This document shows positions 20,283 through 30,497 of a stretch of 64,000 bases of DNA, one piece after another. Under the pieces are notes generated by a model. The model worked only from the letters and a program-made list of their open reading frames with translations. It did not search any database and had not been told where the DNA came from. Position numbers and translations under genes: made by a program. This DNA is from Candidatus Poribacteria bacterium (GTDB lineage Bacteria > Poribacteria > WGA-4E > UBA9662). Numbering within the stretch: position 1 is the first letter of the stretch; every line of letters starts with the position of its first letter. Where the stretch lies: positions 1-64,000 of the forward strand of contig JAYGDX010000280.1 in the NCBI GenBank assembly GCA_046582655.1, read 5' to 3'.

Positions 20283-20469
20283 GATGTCTGCAATAAAGCA
20301 TCTAGCGTATCTATAAAATGGCGGAGGAGACTTGTGGTTATCTATATTTGCTTCAAAGACTATTTTATATAACACCGTTTCTCAGTTAATCTAGTACTAA
20401 TTCTGTTTTGATTTGTGATTGGTTTGTAATTAGGTTTGCAAGAGCAATTGTTACAAGAAAGAGAATCAA

Positions 20470-21507
20470 ATGAAAATAACACGATTAGAGCGTATCGTTG
20501 TCTGTGTGCCTTTTCTATCTGGTATTCTTCCCCCACCGGAATATGAGGAATTTAGCACCAGCTATCCGGCTCCACTTGGTCAAAGGAGACAGGATGTGCT
20601 ACGTATTCATACGGATGAGGAACTGACCGGAATCGGTATGAGTGGACCGTATTATGGCGAGCGGGCTGACTCGGTACCTGACATAATTGGTAAAGATCCG
20701 CTTGAGTTTGAACCTCGAGACTTGAGGGGTGGTGGATACAATATTGCCTTGCTAGACCTGATTGGTAAGGCCATTGGTTGGCCACTGTGCCGTATTTTCG
20801 GTGGAAAGTTCCAGGAAAACATACTGGTAGATTACTGGATAAGCCGAATGGGACCAGAAGCATCGGCTGACGCCGCCCGACGTGCTGCGCGACAGGGATT
20901 CAAGGGGATCAAGATAAAATGCAAAATGGATGATGGTGATGTTGCAGATCGAGTACATGCAATCCATGAAGTTGCGCCTTCTCTACGCATTGTTCTGGAT
21001 CCAGGCCACCGCTTTTACACAATTAAACAGACACTTGAGTTGGCACGACAGATCGAAAGGTACGATCTGGTTTTTGAGGATCCGATTCCCAAGGATGACA
21101 TGGAGGATTATCGCCGGTTGAAAGAAGAAACTGATATTATCATCGCAGCCCATCTTCAAAACCCAAGGCAAGTGATTGAGGCAGTACACACCCAATCTGT
21201 AGATGCGATTAATGTCGCTCCCTCAGATTGGGGGTTCTTGGATATGGCTCGAATTGCAGAGACTGGCGATATTCCGGTCTGGCAGGCTTCCAATGTTGAT
21301 TTAGGTGTCTTTGATGCCTTTCGGCTTCATGCTTCTGCCGCCGTTGCCAACTGTACACTGGGAAGTGATCTATGCGGTAATTTCGTCCACGAACACAGCT
21401 TATTGGTTGAACCTTTAGTGCAAGGTGGGTATGCTGTGGTTACGGACAAACCCGGGTTGGGGGTTGAGTTGGATGAAGGTGCCGTGATGCGGTATGCCCT
21501 CGTTTGA
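20470..21507 (+). CDS. Enolase-superfamily (MR/MLE family) enzyme, paralog of 2564-3691
   Basis: 345 aa. GWPLCRIFGG, KGIKIKCKMDDGD...VHAIHEV...LRIVLDPGHRFYT, FEDP; overall MR/MLE layout. Confidence 0.7.
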   Translation: MKITRLERIVVCVPFLSGILPPPEYEEFSTSYPAPLGQRRQDVLRIHTDEELTGIGMSGPYYGERADSVPDIIGKDPLEFEPRDLRGGGYNIALLDLIGKAIGWPLCRIFGGKFQENILVDYWISRMGPEASADAARRAARQGFKGIKIKCKMDDGDVADRVHAIHEVAPSLRIVLDPGHRFYTIKQTLELARQIERYDLVFEDPIPKDDMEDYRRLKEETDIIIAAHLQNPRQVIEAVHTQSVDAINVAPSDWGFLDMARIAETGDIPVWQASNVDLGVFDAFRLHASAAVANCTLGSDLCGNFVHEHSLLVEPLVQGGYAVVTDKPGLGVELDEGAVMRYALV

Positions 21508-21630
21508 TCAAAGGGGTTGTGCTGTTAGCATTTGATGTGGTTGCTAGCAACGATCCTCGATTCGCTACCGAAGCTAGTAAAAATTATAAAAAATTTGGCA
21601 GTGACGGCAACTCAGGTTGAGGGGATGAGA

Positions 21631-22551
21631 CTAGAACGGTAAATCAAAATCATCTTCCGCAGGCCCTTTAGGGATAGTGATGCGTTTACTGAGACCACCA
21701 AGCATCAGGTTAAACTGAATTCCGGGAGCGGTTGTGAAGTTGACTGAAAGCGAAGCCTGATCTGAAAGGTTGTATCTTAAACCGAATCCAGTTGGCCTTT
21801 TTATTTCGATGCCATTTGTTATAATTCTGTTTGAATAGTTACCAAGAACCCAAATTTTCTCGTTCAGTTCAAGCTCCCCGCCAATTTGCCAAAAGAAATT
21901 TAGGTTACTAAAGAAGTGGGATCCGATAACAGCATGCATATGGAAATCCGGCATCACTGGTTGCGTTATTGCCATATAAGGTATAACTCCGAGAAAAGAC
22001 GCTCCGTCTGCCGGGGAAGTATCTGAAAATTTTTTGTCGATCGTATGATCAATGGTGAAGCCTGTCTGAAATTCGCCACCAACAGAGATGGTTGGTAAAC
22101 CATCACCAACATCAGGCTTGATATTATATTTCATTCCGATTATCGTCTCGAAAACAGGTTGATTGTAAGCGCGTCGGTCGCGATGCATGTCACCGGTATT
22201 ATAAAAGTCCCTTACTATTTTCTTGGCTTCTCCACTAGCGAGTGTTCCTCCTAGAATCAAATCCAGGTGATCTCCAATACCGTAAGTCAATCGAATTGGA
22301 ATTAGTTTAACATTGGCCAGGAGTTCTAAAATACGTAGTTCTTCAAAATTCCCGATAATGACATCTTGCTTTGTTTCGGAGATGTTCTCTTTCTCATATT
22401 GGGTAACTCCGATAGAGGTTATGTAGCCACCTTTTCCCAATGTATGAGCTGTCTGCATGGCACCAAGTTCGGTAGGAAATGGCTGAGCGTCGGTAGCTTG
22501 TACAGCAATCGTCACCAGTATCAAGATGATAGTAAACAACGATTTTTCCAT
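21631..22551 (-). CDS. Putative outer-membrane beta-barrel protein
   Basis: Signal peptide MEKSLFTIILILVTIAVQATDAQ, beta-rich sequence, C-terminal ...DDFDLPF ending in an aromatic residue. A 21-nt gap separates it from the upstream lipoprotein gene on the same strand. Confidence 0.45.
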   Translation of the reverse strand: MEKSLFTIILILVTIAVQATDAQPFPTELGAMQTAHTLGKGGYITSIGVTQYEKENISETKQDVIIGNFEELRILELLANVKLIPIRLTYGIGDHLDLILGGTLASGEAKKIVRDFYNTGDMHRDRRAYNQPVFETIIGMKYNIKPDVGDGLPTISVGGEFQTGFTIDHTIDKKFSDTSPADGASFLGVIPYMAITQPVMPDFHMHAVIGSHFFSNLNFFWQIGGELELNEKIWVLGNYSNRIITNGIEIKRPTGFGLRYNLSDQASLSVNFTTAPGIQFNLMLGGLSKRITIPKGPAEDDFDLPF

Positions 22552-22572
22552 TATTTTTTCTCTCGCACTAAA

Positions 22573-23727
22573 TTATTCTCCGGTGCCTGGCAATGGCACG
22601 GCGACTTTTTCGCTTTCGTCTATTTTCCCATTTGAATTGGGGGTGTCATCAAACGCTGTCAAAAAGTATTGTCTTGGTACGAGATCTTGTGTTTCCAGAT
22701 CAAGGATAAAATCCTCTCCTTCTAGTATGACAGAATTGAATTTGTCATCTACCTTTCGGCGTGGTGTTGGGTCACCTCCACCTTGTTTGGTAGAATAAAC
22801 CCAATATCCTGCTAGATCCGGTTCCTGATTCCGAGTCCAAGTTAATGCTACGTCGTATCTGTTGCTAAACATACTACGCATTTGATATTTGGCCTTCACA
22901 TCCCTTGGCGGTGCAGGTGAAACATCGGGCGCTTTCACTTTAATAGTGGCGATGCTTTCAACACCAAATTTGTCGTATGCAATAATGCGATAGGTTTTTT
23001 CTTCACCGTCTCGCGCAAAAGAAATATCTCTGTAGAAACGGGTATCAGGATCAAGATCCGGGATTTCGATAAAGACATTCCGAGTTGGTGTCGTATAAAA
23101 TATCCGAAACTCCTTGAAGTCCAGAGGGGAATTATAATCTGGCCAGATGATTGTGACTGTTAGATTCTCCTCTTTACCTAGAATTATGTCTGGAACTGGG
23201 GGTGGGTCGCTTGGAGTTGTCTTCCGAGTGATCCACACGCGTGGTGGGTCGTCACTCTGACTAGGTGGATCAGTTGGATCTGGTATTTCAATGCCACGAT
23301 CATCGATGTATGAAATTCGATATTCGTAATAAAGTTGATCGCCTGTTATTATACTTATCTGATCGTTTTTGATTTCGTGCTTATCAATATAAATGTTTTG
23401 ACTAGCCGGAATTGAATCTAATGAATTATTGTTTTTATCAAACAAAGGGATGGGTTCAAAATCCGCGTCTGGATCTTCAGTAAAACGGCGGTAGATTCGG
23501 TAACCCTTGATTCCTTCAACAATTCTGGAATTAAGTTCTCTCCAAGATACAGTTACCTGCCGATCGCCTGGGGTAAGTGTTAGACCGGGTGGGGAGCCGG
23601 CAGTTCGAAGGTTCTGTGGGTCTAGTGGATTCGCGTAATCTTCGTCACTAGTACAGCTGAAGCACACCAGTACTATAAAGGCAACTGCGGCCAAATATAA
23701 GGCAGAAGAAAATTTCACCATAGACAT
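22573..23727 (-). CDS. Surface lipoprotein with three fibronectin-type-III-like repeats
   Basis: Probable start MSMVKFSSALYLAAVAFIVLVCFSCTSDED with lipobox. Repeats of the type LTLTPGDRQVTVSWRE..., NLTVTIIWPDYNSP..., DVALTWTRNQEPDLAGYWVY. The ORF track extends the start to 23805. Confidence 0.5.
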   Translation of the reverse strand: MSMVKFSSALYLAAVAFIVLVCFSCTSDEDYANPLDPQNLRTAGSPPGLTLTPGDRQVTVSWRELNSRIVEGIKGYRIYRRFTEDPDADFEPIPLFDKNNNSLDSIPASQNIYIDKHEIKNDQISIITGDQLYYEYRISYIDDRGIEIPDPTDPPSQSDDPPRVWITRKTTPSDPPPVPDIILGKEENLTVTIIWPDYNSPLDFKEFRIFYTTPTRNVFIEIPDLDPDTRFYRDISFARDGEEKTYRIIAYDKFGVESIATIKVKAPDVSPAPPRDVKAKYQMRSMFSNRYDVALTWTRNQEPDLAGYWVYSTKQGGGDPTPRRKVDDKFNSVILEGEDFILDLETQDLVPRQYFLTAFDDTPNSNGKIDESEKVAVPLPGTGE

Positions 23728-23731
23728 CTTT

Positions 23732-24184
23732 TTAAAACGATCTTTGTAAAATGAGTGCTGCTTTGTATTGATCTGGATCATATAACGGAAGAATACGAAT
23801 AGCATTAGCAGTTTGTTGGTCGGGACTAGAAATAACCTCAGCTTGATTAAGTATTGATATAAGTGTTGCTAAACCGATTAATCCAATCCCTGTTCGCTTT
23901 ATAATCAAGCTGAGGTTGCTGCGACTCTTATAGTTGTCTCTATGTGATACCATTTTTGAGCCAACTGAGTAGAGGTATTGGTCATAGCTATCCTGAGCAG
24001 ATGTTCCCACCAATGTGCCCGCAAACTGCAATCCAAATCCTCCAATAAACATAACTGGTGCTAAATTCTTAGGCCTATTAAGGGCTTGAACCGTTGTAGC
24101 TGAGCAAAAAAAACAAAATAACACCCAGCATACTGAAGCGTGGATCCAACTTCGATAATTTAATTTTGTAATATTTGGATTCAT
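23732..24184 (-). CDS. Hypothetical small secreted/outer-membrane protein
   Basis: N-terminal hydrophobic signal-like stretch WVLFCFFCSATTVQA, ends ...LQRSF. Start ambiguous; longer alternatives overlap the VanZ-like gene. Confidence 0.3.
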   Translation of the reverse strand: MNPNITKLNYRSWIHASVCWVLFCFFCSATTVQALNRPKNLAPVMFIGGFGLQFAGTLVGTSAQDSYDQYLYSVGSKMVSHRDNYKSRSNLSLIIKRTGIGLIGLATLISILNQAEVISSPDQQTANAIRILPLYDPDQYKAALILQRSF

Positions 24185-24197
24185 AACTTCCTTGTTA

Positions 24198-24623
24198 TTA
24201 ATTGGGAAAATCCCCCGAAAATCTTTGCCACGCATACATTGCGAAGGCACCAAACACTCCTCCTAAAGAATCTGCAATCCAGTCTGCAATATCTGGCGTA
24301 CGTGTCTTGACATACAATTGGTGCCATTCATCACTTGCCGCATAGAGAATGACTACCAAAATTGTGGCTGCCCAGGGCAAATATGATGAAACTTCCTGAT
24401 TGACACTTAAGAATGCACGCATTACCCAAAAACTTAATCCAGCATAAGCAGTGAAATGAAAGAATTTATCGATTCCTTCCAAACCAACATCCGGTGATGG
24501 GGGATTTGAAAGGGAGGACAGAAAAAAGATTAGTCCCATACACAAAAAGGGGGGTAGCCAATAGTTCAGAAAGTATAGAGCAATCCGCATTAAGATTATA
24601 GTAGGTACGATAGACCTAACCAT
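24198..24623 (-). CDS. VanZ-like family membrane protein
   Basis: Four hydrophobic helices. Conserved SDEWHQLYVKTRTPDIADWIADSLGGVFGA matches the VanZ D-E-x-H-Q...R...D...D..G motif. Confidence 0.6.
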   Translation of the reverse strand: MVRSIVPTIILMRIALYFLNYWLPPFLCMGLIFFLSSLSNPPSPDVGLEGIDKFFHFTAYAGLSFWVMRAFLSVNQEVSSYLPWAATILVVILYAASDEWHQLYVKTRTPDIADWIADSLGGVFGAFAMYAWQRFSGDFPN

Positions 24624-24891
24624 CTATAGTCTAAAATGTTATTCTACCTATCATAAGCAGGCTTTGTCAAGACTCGTAATATATCTGCTAGTTAACTGAC
24701 GAAAATGTCATGTTTGAAAGCAATTGATTATCTGATTGAGATGGAGTATAATCTCGCCATCTCAATATGCAATGGTTAATATTGAGTGTGAAAAAGAGAA
24801 CTATAATGTAACCGAACTGTTTGGTCGTCTATCGAGGAAAACAGAGGACAAAATTTTAAACACATCATGAGGACAGAATTAGTAAACGGAG

Positions 24892-25971
24892 TTGGGTATG
24901 ACAGGATTTAATGGCCTTGGACTACATCTTGGAAATATATCGCGTTTATCAAATGCCGAAACGCGGTCGATAAGCCCAGAAAATTTCACTGGTGAAAAAG
25001 GTGAGGGTGGTATGGCCATTCAAGGTACCGGCCAAGATTGTGCCAGAGATCTTGGGCAAGGCTGGAAGATTTCCCCATCAATCCCGATTGAACCAGGAGA
25101 AACCCGCCAATTGGCAAACATTGATGGATCCGGTGCAATTCAACAGATTTGGATGACACCAACTGGGCATTGGCGGTTTAGTATCTTAAGGGTTTACTGG
25201 GATGATTCGGAACTTCCCTCTATCGAATGTCCGGTTGGTGATTTCTTCGCTTGCGGTTGGAACAAATATGCACAGGTCAGTTCATTACCAGTTTGTGTAA
25301 ACCCAGGTAGTGCTTTTAATTGTTACTGGGAGATGCCATTTCGAAAGAAATGTCGTATTACCATGACCAATATTGGGCCTGAGACGATGAAACTTTACTA
25401 TCAGATTAATTATACGCTTACAGATGTGCCTGACGATACGGCCTACTTTCATGCCCAGTTCCGGCGAACAAATCCGCTTCCTTACAAAGAGGCATACACA
25501 ATTGCAGATGGTATAAAAGGTTGGGGACAGTATGTTGGTACTTATATGGCATGGGGAGTGAACAACACTGGCTGGTGGGGGGAAGGCGAAATTAAGTTTT
25601 ATATGGACGGAGATACTGAATTTCCGACTATTTGTGGAACCGGTACTGAAGACTATTTTTGTGGATCCTACAATTTTGACGTTGATGGCTACCGTGAATT
25701 CACAACACCATACGCCGGATTGCCGCAGGTTATTCGTCCTAATGGTGTCTACCAATCTCAACAAAGGTTTGGCATGTACCGTTGGCACATTATGGATCCC
25801 ATCCGATTTGAGCAAGACCTCCGCATTACGATCCAAGCACTCGGTTGGCGAAATGGTGGGCGTTATCTGCCTTTACAGGATGATATTTCTTCGGTTGCGT
25901 ATTGGTATCAGACTTTGCCAAGCGCACCATTCCCAGAACTTCCAGACCGAGATCAATTAGAAATTATCTAA
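24892..25971 (+). CDS. DUF2961-like (possibly GH172-like) protein
   Basis: WGEGEIKFYMDGDTEFPTICGTGTEDYFCGSYNF resembles the conserved core I recall for DUF2961. Assignment from memory only. Confidence 0.45.
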   Translation: MGMTGFNGLGLHLGNISRLSNAETRSISPENFTGEKGEGGMAIQGTGQDCARDLGQGWKISPSIPIEPGETRQLANIDGSGAIQQIWMTPTGHWRFSILRVYWDDSELPSIECPVGDFFACGWNKYAQVSSLPVCVNPGSAFNCYWEMPFRKKCRITMTNIGPETMKLYYQINYTLTDVPDDTAYFHAQFRRTNPLPYKEAYTIADGIKGWGQYVGTYMAWGVNNTGWWGEGEIKFYMDGDTEFPTICGTGTEDYFCGSYNFDVDGYREFTTPYAGLPQVIRPNGVYQSQQRFGMYRWHIMDPIRFEQDLRITIQALGWRNGGRYLPLQDDISSVAYWYQTLPSAPFPELPDRDQLEII

Positions 25972-26059
25972 GAGGTATATCGGTATATCGGAAGGTTTAG
26001 AAGCATTGCTCCGAATTCCAACCACTAACAATGCCCTTTGGTGCGTGTTGAGATTCCAG

Positions 26060-27427
26060 TTATCTCTTCAAGTTTCCCCACGTTGTTACCAGTTTACCTC
26101 TGGCTTCAACACTGACCGCCTTAGTGGAAACCAGCTTGACTAAACCAGTTTTCTCCGCTTGCTTGGCAAAGACTATGGAATGAGGGAACCACCCCCCCCA
26201 ACCCTTAAACCCTTTTTGGCTTACTGGATGATTATCACCATCACCAACACAAATGCCCATACCGAATTCCATGCCATCCTTAAATTGACTCATGCCAACA
26301 GGAGCCATCTCCTTGGCAGTGAATCTGAATTCATAGTATGTCTTCTTTTGGCTTTCATCTCGGGCGATGGCAACGTCTGCCTTTTGAAGTCCCCCAGTAC
26401 CGCCAGCAGGTTGTTGGTTATCGATAATAACCCTGCCATCATTGCTGCTTAAAGCTACATTATAAAGAAATAATGGAAGTCCCTTGGTACGTTTACCCGT
26501 TGGTTCAAAAGCAAGCTGGGCGGCATCACCATTCCAGCCGCTATCATCGTTTTGGTGTTGATCATCAATTACAATCAAACAAAGATAAATAGCAGTTGGA
26601 TCCCAAGTCATCTTAAAGGCAACTGTGTGATCAAATGGGCCTATCCATTTGCCGCCAGCATATTCTTCAAAGGATCTCTTTGGGCCGGAGCCATTGATTC
26701 CGGTTTCGTTTTGGACTCCTATAAAAGTAGGTACGTTAGCCCATTCACCAATATCGGCATCAATCTTTACCTTGATACCAGTCAGAGATTCATAAACATC
26801 GTAAGAGTCGAAGTGCCACTTTTTTGCCAAAGCCAGTGGGTCTTCTTTCAGTTTGAGATCTGTTGGCGTCTTCGTTGGGTCTGAAGTTGTTGGGTCTACC
26901 GAATCTTTTGGCTCAGACGTATCTTTGGGGTCTGGTTCATCTGATTCGCTAACCTTTTTAATCTTGGAAGTGAACTCTTCTGCATTGTCGTCAGCAAGCT
27001 TGACCTGAGTTAGTCTAATTATCGATTTCTTTTTATCAAGTACCTTGAAAGTTGCAGTTGCCAGAATCCCATCTGCTTTTTCGGAAAGCTTACCGCGCGG
27101 TGCAGCGACCGCATAGCGAATAACCCCATCGGATGCTTTGGGTGGGACTTCAAAAACATCGAATGGCAAATAATCGCCAATTTTTACGCTGATGTACTCT
27201 AGAACAGTTGTGTCATAGGATAGAGTGAACTGAAATCCCGCAATGCCTTTACCTCCGGTGATCTTAACCTCAACCGTTAACTGTTCCCCAATTGCTTGTG
27301 ATTTTATTACTGCTGGCTGAACTGAAACCTCCGCAATGGAGAAAGCGGTTGACGGCATAACGAGAACAGAAACTATGGCATATATCACCATGGCACAAAA
27401 ATTCTGGATGGTTTTTCTAGCAACCAT
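26060..27427 (-). CDS. Secreted protein with N-terminal cohesin-like domain, Asp/Pro/Thr/Ser-rich linker and C-terminal carbohydrate-binding-like (CBM9/DOMON-like) domain
   Basis: Signal peptide. GEQLTVEVKITGGKGIAGFQFTLSYDTTVLEYISVKIGDYL...DGILATATFKV parallels clostridial cohesin (G..V.V.V....GI...F...YD...L.......G / DGVFA.I.ATV). Linker SESDEPDPKDTSEPKDSVDPTTSDPTKTPTD. C-terminal domain has a W/D/G-rich beta-sandwich-like pattern. Confidence 0.55.
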   Translation of the reverse strand: MVARKTIQNFCAMVIYAIVSVLVMPSTAFSIAEVSVQPAVIKSQAIGEQLTVEVKITGGKGIAGFQFTLSYDTTVLEYISVKIGDYLPFDVFEVPPKASDGVIRYAVAAPRGKLSEKADGILATATFKVLDKKKSIIRLTQVKLADDNAEEFTSKIKKVSESDEPDPKDTSEPKDSVDPTTSDPTKTPTDLKLKEDPLALAKKWHFDSYDVYESLTGIKVKIDADIGEWANVPTFIGVQNETGINGSGPKRSFEEYAGGKWIGPFDHTVAFKMTWDPTAIYLCLIVIDDQHQNDDSGWNGDAAQLAFEPTGKRTKGLPLFLYNVALSSNDGRVIIDNQQPAGGTGGLQKADVAIARDESQKKTYYEFRFTAKEMAPVGMSQFKDGMEFGMGICVGDGDNHPVSQKGFKGWGGWFPHSIVFAKQAEKTGLVKLVSTKAVSVEARGKLVTTWGNLKR

Positions 27428-27831
27428 ATCTGTTTCCTATATGATTCTACAGTCTAAGAAAATGCGACATGCTTCTGGACTTACGATGATTGAAATAGTA
27501 CCACGAACCTATGGGAAACGTCAAAAAAGGCCCAAAGTTGCCGTTCCTTTGCCACTGACGTCTTCATGAGAACTGATGTGAAAATGAAAGACAGGGAATC
27601 CTATAAAAGTATTGGTATGCAGACAAGCCCAACTTTGAGGTTAGTCATTGGGGGATTCAGATGCAGTTTCGCATCTAGATTACGTGACACGCCGATGTGA
27701 TCCCGCGTTGCGGAGATAGCGTTGAATTGGTTAGTGAGGGAACCCCACACAATGCTTAATTTTGTAAATGGTTCTTCTCAAGCAGGCGGATGCTTTGGCG
27801 ATAGGCATTAATGCTCAGAATATGTATTCAC

Positions 27832-28896
27832 CTAAGTTCCTCGTGGATATGCACCTAAAACCTTGAGAAACAGGCATCGATCAGTTATTTCCTTAAGAGC
27901 GATTTGTACGTTTGGATCCTCTGTATGCGCATCAAGATCAGCAAAAAAGACATATTCCCACGGTTTGTGTTGTGATGGAAACGAATCTATTTTGCTCATA
28001 TTGATTTGATTTGATTCCAAAATGTTGAGGATTTGGCATAACGCACCTACTTCATCATTTATGCCGAAAAGAATTGATGTACGATCATTCCCTAATTTTT
28101 GCGCGGATTGGTTTCCAATAACCAAGAATCTGGTGATGTTGTTTGGATTATCCATAATTGAATTTGCAACAATAGGGACATCATAAATCTCACTGGCCAA
28201 GTTGCTGGCGATTGCAGCAGATGCGGGTTCTTTACTGGCAATCTCAGCGGCAACAGATGTGCTTGCAACCTCGATTTGTTCGATGTTAGACAGGTTCTGA
28301 TGTAACCATCGCCTGCATTGTGCAAAAGATTGGGGATGTGAATAGATTTTCGAGATGTTCTTCAGGTCTGACTGAGCAAGTAAATGATGCCTAATTGGAA
28401 GTAACCGCTCAGAGCAAATATGGAGTGGGGAGTGCAAAAACATTTCCAGAACATCTCGAACAGTACCGTAGGTGGAATTTTCAATAGCCACAACACCATA
28501 GTCTGCACGGTGCGATTCTACTTCAGCAAAAATATCCGTTTGAGGAACAATCGGTATGAATTCAGCTGATAATCCAAAGTGTTCTAAACTGGCTGTATGG
28601 CCGTGACTGCCAATCGGGCCAAGGTAGGCAACTTGTATTTTTTTTTCTAGCGATCTACAGGCGGAAATAATCTCGGTGAAAATCTTTGCTAGAGGTTTTT
28701 CTGGGAACTGATCGCAGTTTATCGATTTCAGTCGATCTATAATTTGTTTTTCACGATGCGGCGCATAAACACTAGTTTTTCCGGTTTCTTCCTTCAGTTT
28801 CCCAACTTTTATTGCTAACTTCGAACGCTCGTGCAATAATGACAGGATCTGTTTATCGATTTCATCGATTTCAGCGCGGCAATCTGTTAGATCCAA
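27832..28896 (-). CDS. pheA: Bifunctional chorismate mutase / prephenate dehydratase (P-protein)
   Basis: CM region EIDEIDKQILSLLHERSKLAIKVGKLK. PDT region VAYLGPIGSHGHTA. C-terminal ACT-like regulatory region. 354 aa. Confidence 0.85.
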   Translation of the reverse strand: MDLTDCRAEIDEIDKQILSLLHERSKLAIKVGKLKEETGKTSVYAPHREKQIIDRLKSINCDQFPEKPLAKIFTEIISACRSLEKKIQVAYLGPIGSHGHTASLEHFGLSAEFIPIVPQTDIFAEVESHRADYGVVAIENSTYGTVRDVLEMFLHSPLHICSERLLPIRHHLLAQSDLKNISKIYSHPQSFAQCRRWLHQNLSNIEQIEVASTSVAAEIASKEPASAAIASNLASEIYDVPIVANSIMDNPNNITRFLVIGNQSAQKLGNDRTSILFGINDEVGALCQILNILESNQINMSKIDSFPSQHKPWEYVFFADLDAHTEDPNVQIALKEITDRCLFLKVLGAYPRGT

Positions 28897-29212
28897 TATC
28901 TTTTATCTCCAGAAATAAATATGATAGAAAGAATAACTCTTCCTCCTAATCTCTGAGGGATCTGATTGCAGTGATCATGTCTTCGTCCGATGGATTATCC
29001 TGCACGATTTCAGTGAATTTATCAGCTTTCATCTTAAGTTCCTCCAGGAACTTTTGATCAGCTGGTCAGGGGTAGACATAATCCCCAAGTGTACCTTCAA
29101 TTTTTGCACGCGCCTTATCGGTAATCCGTGCAAGCCACGGAATATTGCCTATTACTATATCGCGATGACGTGGTTTCCAATCGAGTCCCATATTCTACCT
29201 CGCTATTGTTAC

Positions 29213-30439
29213 CTACCCTGGGTAGGCTCTATTTTCAAGTTCAGCAACGAATTTTTCTGCCATAATGCCGGCAGCGGCTCCCGCGCCGGCAGCTGTGATC
29301 GCTTGCCGAAACACATGATCATGAACATCGCCAGCGGCGAAAACGCCTTCAATGTTTGTCTGTTGCTTTTCATCAACAAGGATGTACCCTTGGTCGTTTA
29401 GGTCAATAACCCTTTTGAATAATTCGGTATTTGGTATATGGCCGACGAAAATGAATACCCCGTCAATCGGAAACATCTCCTTTTCATCGGTTTTTATGTT
29501 TCTCAGTAGCGTTCCGGTTACTTTTTGCTCCTCACCTTGGATCTCGTCGACAACAGTATCCCAGATGAATTTAATTTTATCATTCTTAAAAGCCCTTTCC
29601 TGCATGATTTGGCTAGCACGTAGCTGGTCACGGCGATGAACGATGATAACCTCCGAGGCGTATTTTGTCAGGAAAATTCCCTCTTCCAACGCTGCATCAC
29701 CACCACCGACAACAATCAACCTCTGATCTTGAAAGAAAAAACCGTCGCAAGTGGCGCAATAAGAAACACCTCGTCCCCCATATTCCTTTTCACCAGGAAT
29801 ATCAAGAGTACGCGGTGAGGCTCCGGTGCATATTACGATTGTTTTCGCCGAATACTGATTGTCATAAGTCTTGACAGAAAATGGATGACTGTTGAAGTCA
29901 ACTTCAGTAGCATATTCAAATCGAGTTTCTGTTCCAAACCTTTCTGCTTGTTCCTTAAGCCCATTTACGAACTCACCTGCTTGATGACCGAAATACCCTG
30001 GGTAATTTTCCAGATCAAGTGTCAGTGAAAGTTGGCCACCAAGTGCGTCACCTACCAACAGAAGCGGTTCCAGCATGGCTCGCGATGTGTAGACTCCTGC
30101 GGCGTATCCAGCCGTGCCACCGCCTATGATAATTACATTCCGTTCTTCGATTGTGTTGCCATTTTTTGCTACATCATTATCTTCTTCCTTTAACAACTTG
30201 TCCAATTCTCCTGACCTGGCTAACTCGGTTAAATTATCATCATCGCCTATATGCTGATCGTCAATGAAAATTTGTGGGACATCACGTCTACCCGTAAGTT
30301 CTTCAATATGATCACGCATCTCGGAATCGCCATGGATATTTATCTCTTCGTACTCGATTTTCTTGCTTTCTAGAATTCGCTTTGCAACATCGCAATATGA
30401 ACAAAAGTCAGTTGTGTAAACTTTAACTCGTGGCATCAT
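29213..30439 (-). CDS. Glutaredoxin-thioredoxin reductase fusion protein
   Basis: N-terminal glutaredoxin fold VKVYTTDFCSYCDVAKRIL (CxxC). TrxR body with FAD motif VIIIGGGTAGYAAG, redox-active CATCDGFFF, and NADPH motif IVVGGGDAALEEG. Confidence 0.85.
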   Translation of the reverse strand: MMPRVKVYTTDFCSYCDVAKRILESKKIEYEEINIHGDSEMRDHIEELTGRRDVPQIFIDDQHIGDDDNLTELARSGELDKLLKEEDNDVAKNGNTIEERNVIIIGGGTAGYAAGVYTSRAMLEPLLLVGDALGGQLSLTLDLENYPGYFGHQAGEFVNGLKEQAERFGTETRFEYATEVDFNSHPFSVKTYDNQYSAKTIVICTGASPRTLDIPGEKEYGGRGVSYCATCDGFFFQDQRLIVVGGGDAALEEGIFLTKYASEVIIVHRRDQLRASQIMQERAFKNDKIKFIWDTVVDEIQGEEQKVTGTLLRNIKTDEKEMFPIDGVFIFVGHIPNTELFKRVIDLNDQGYILVDEKQQTNIEGVFAAGDVHDHVFRQAITAAGAGAAAGIMAEKFVAELENRAYPG

Positions 30440-30497
30440 CCCTCCCTGAAGTTTTTTGGGTAGTATCTTTTTCGATCTTATGCTTTGTTAAAAGAAT

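Noticed and set aside
25285-25836. 183-aa minus-strand ORF
   Set aside because: Antisense to the DUF2961-like gene, which has the conserved GTGTEDYF core.
29054-29818. Plus-strand ORFs of 60-115 aa
   Set aside because: Overlap the well-supported grx-trxR fusion gene on the opposite strand.
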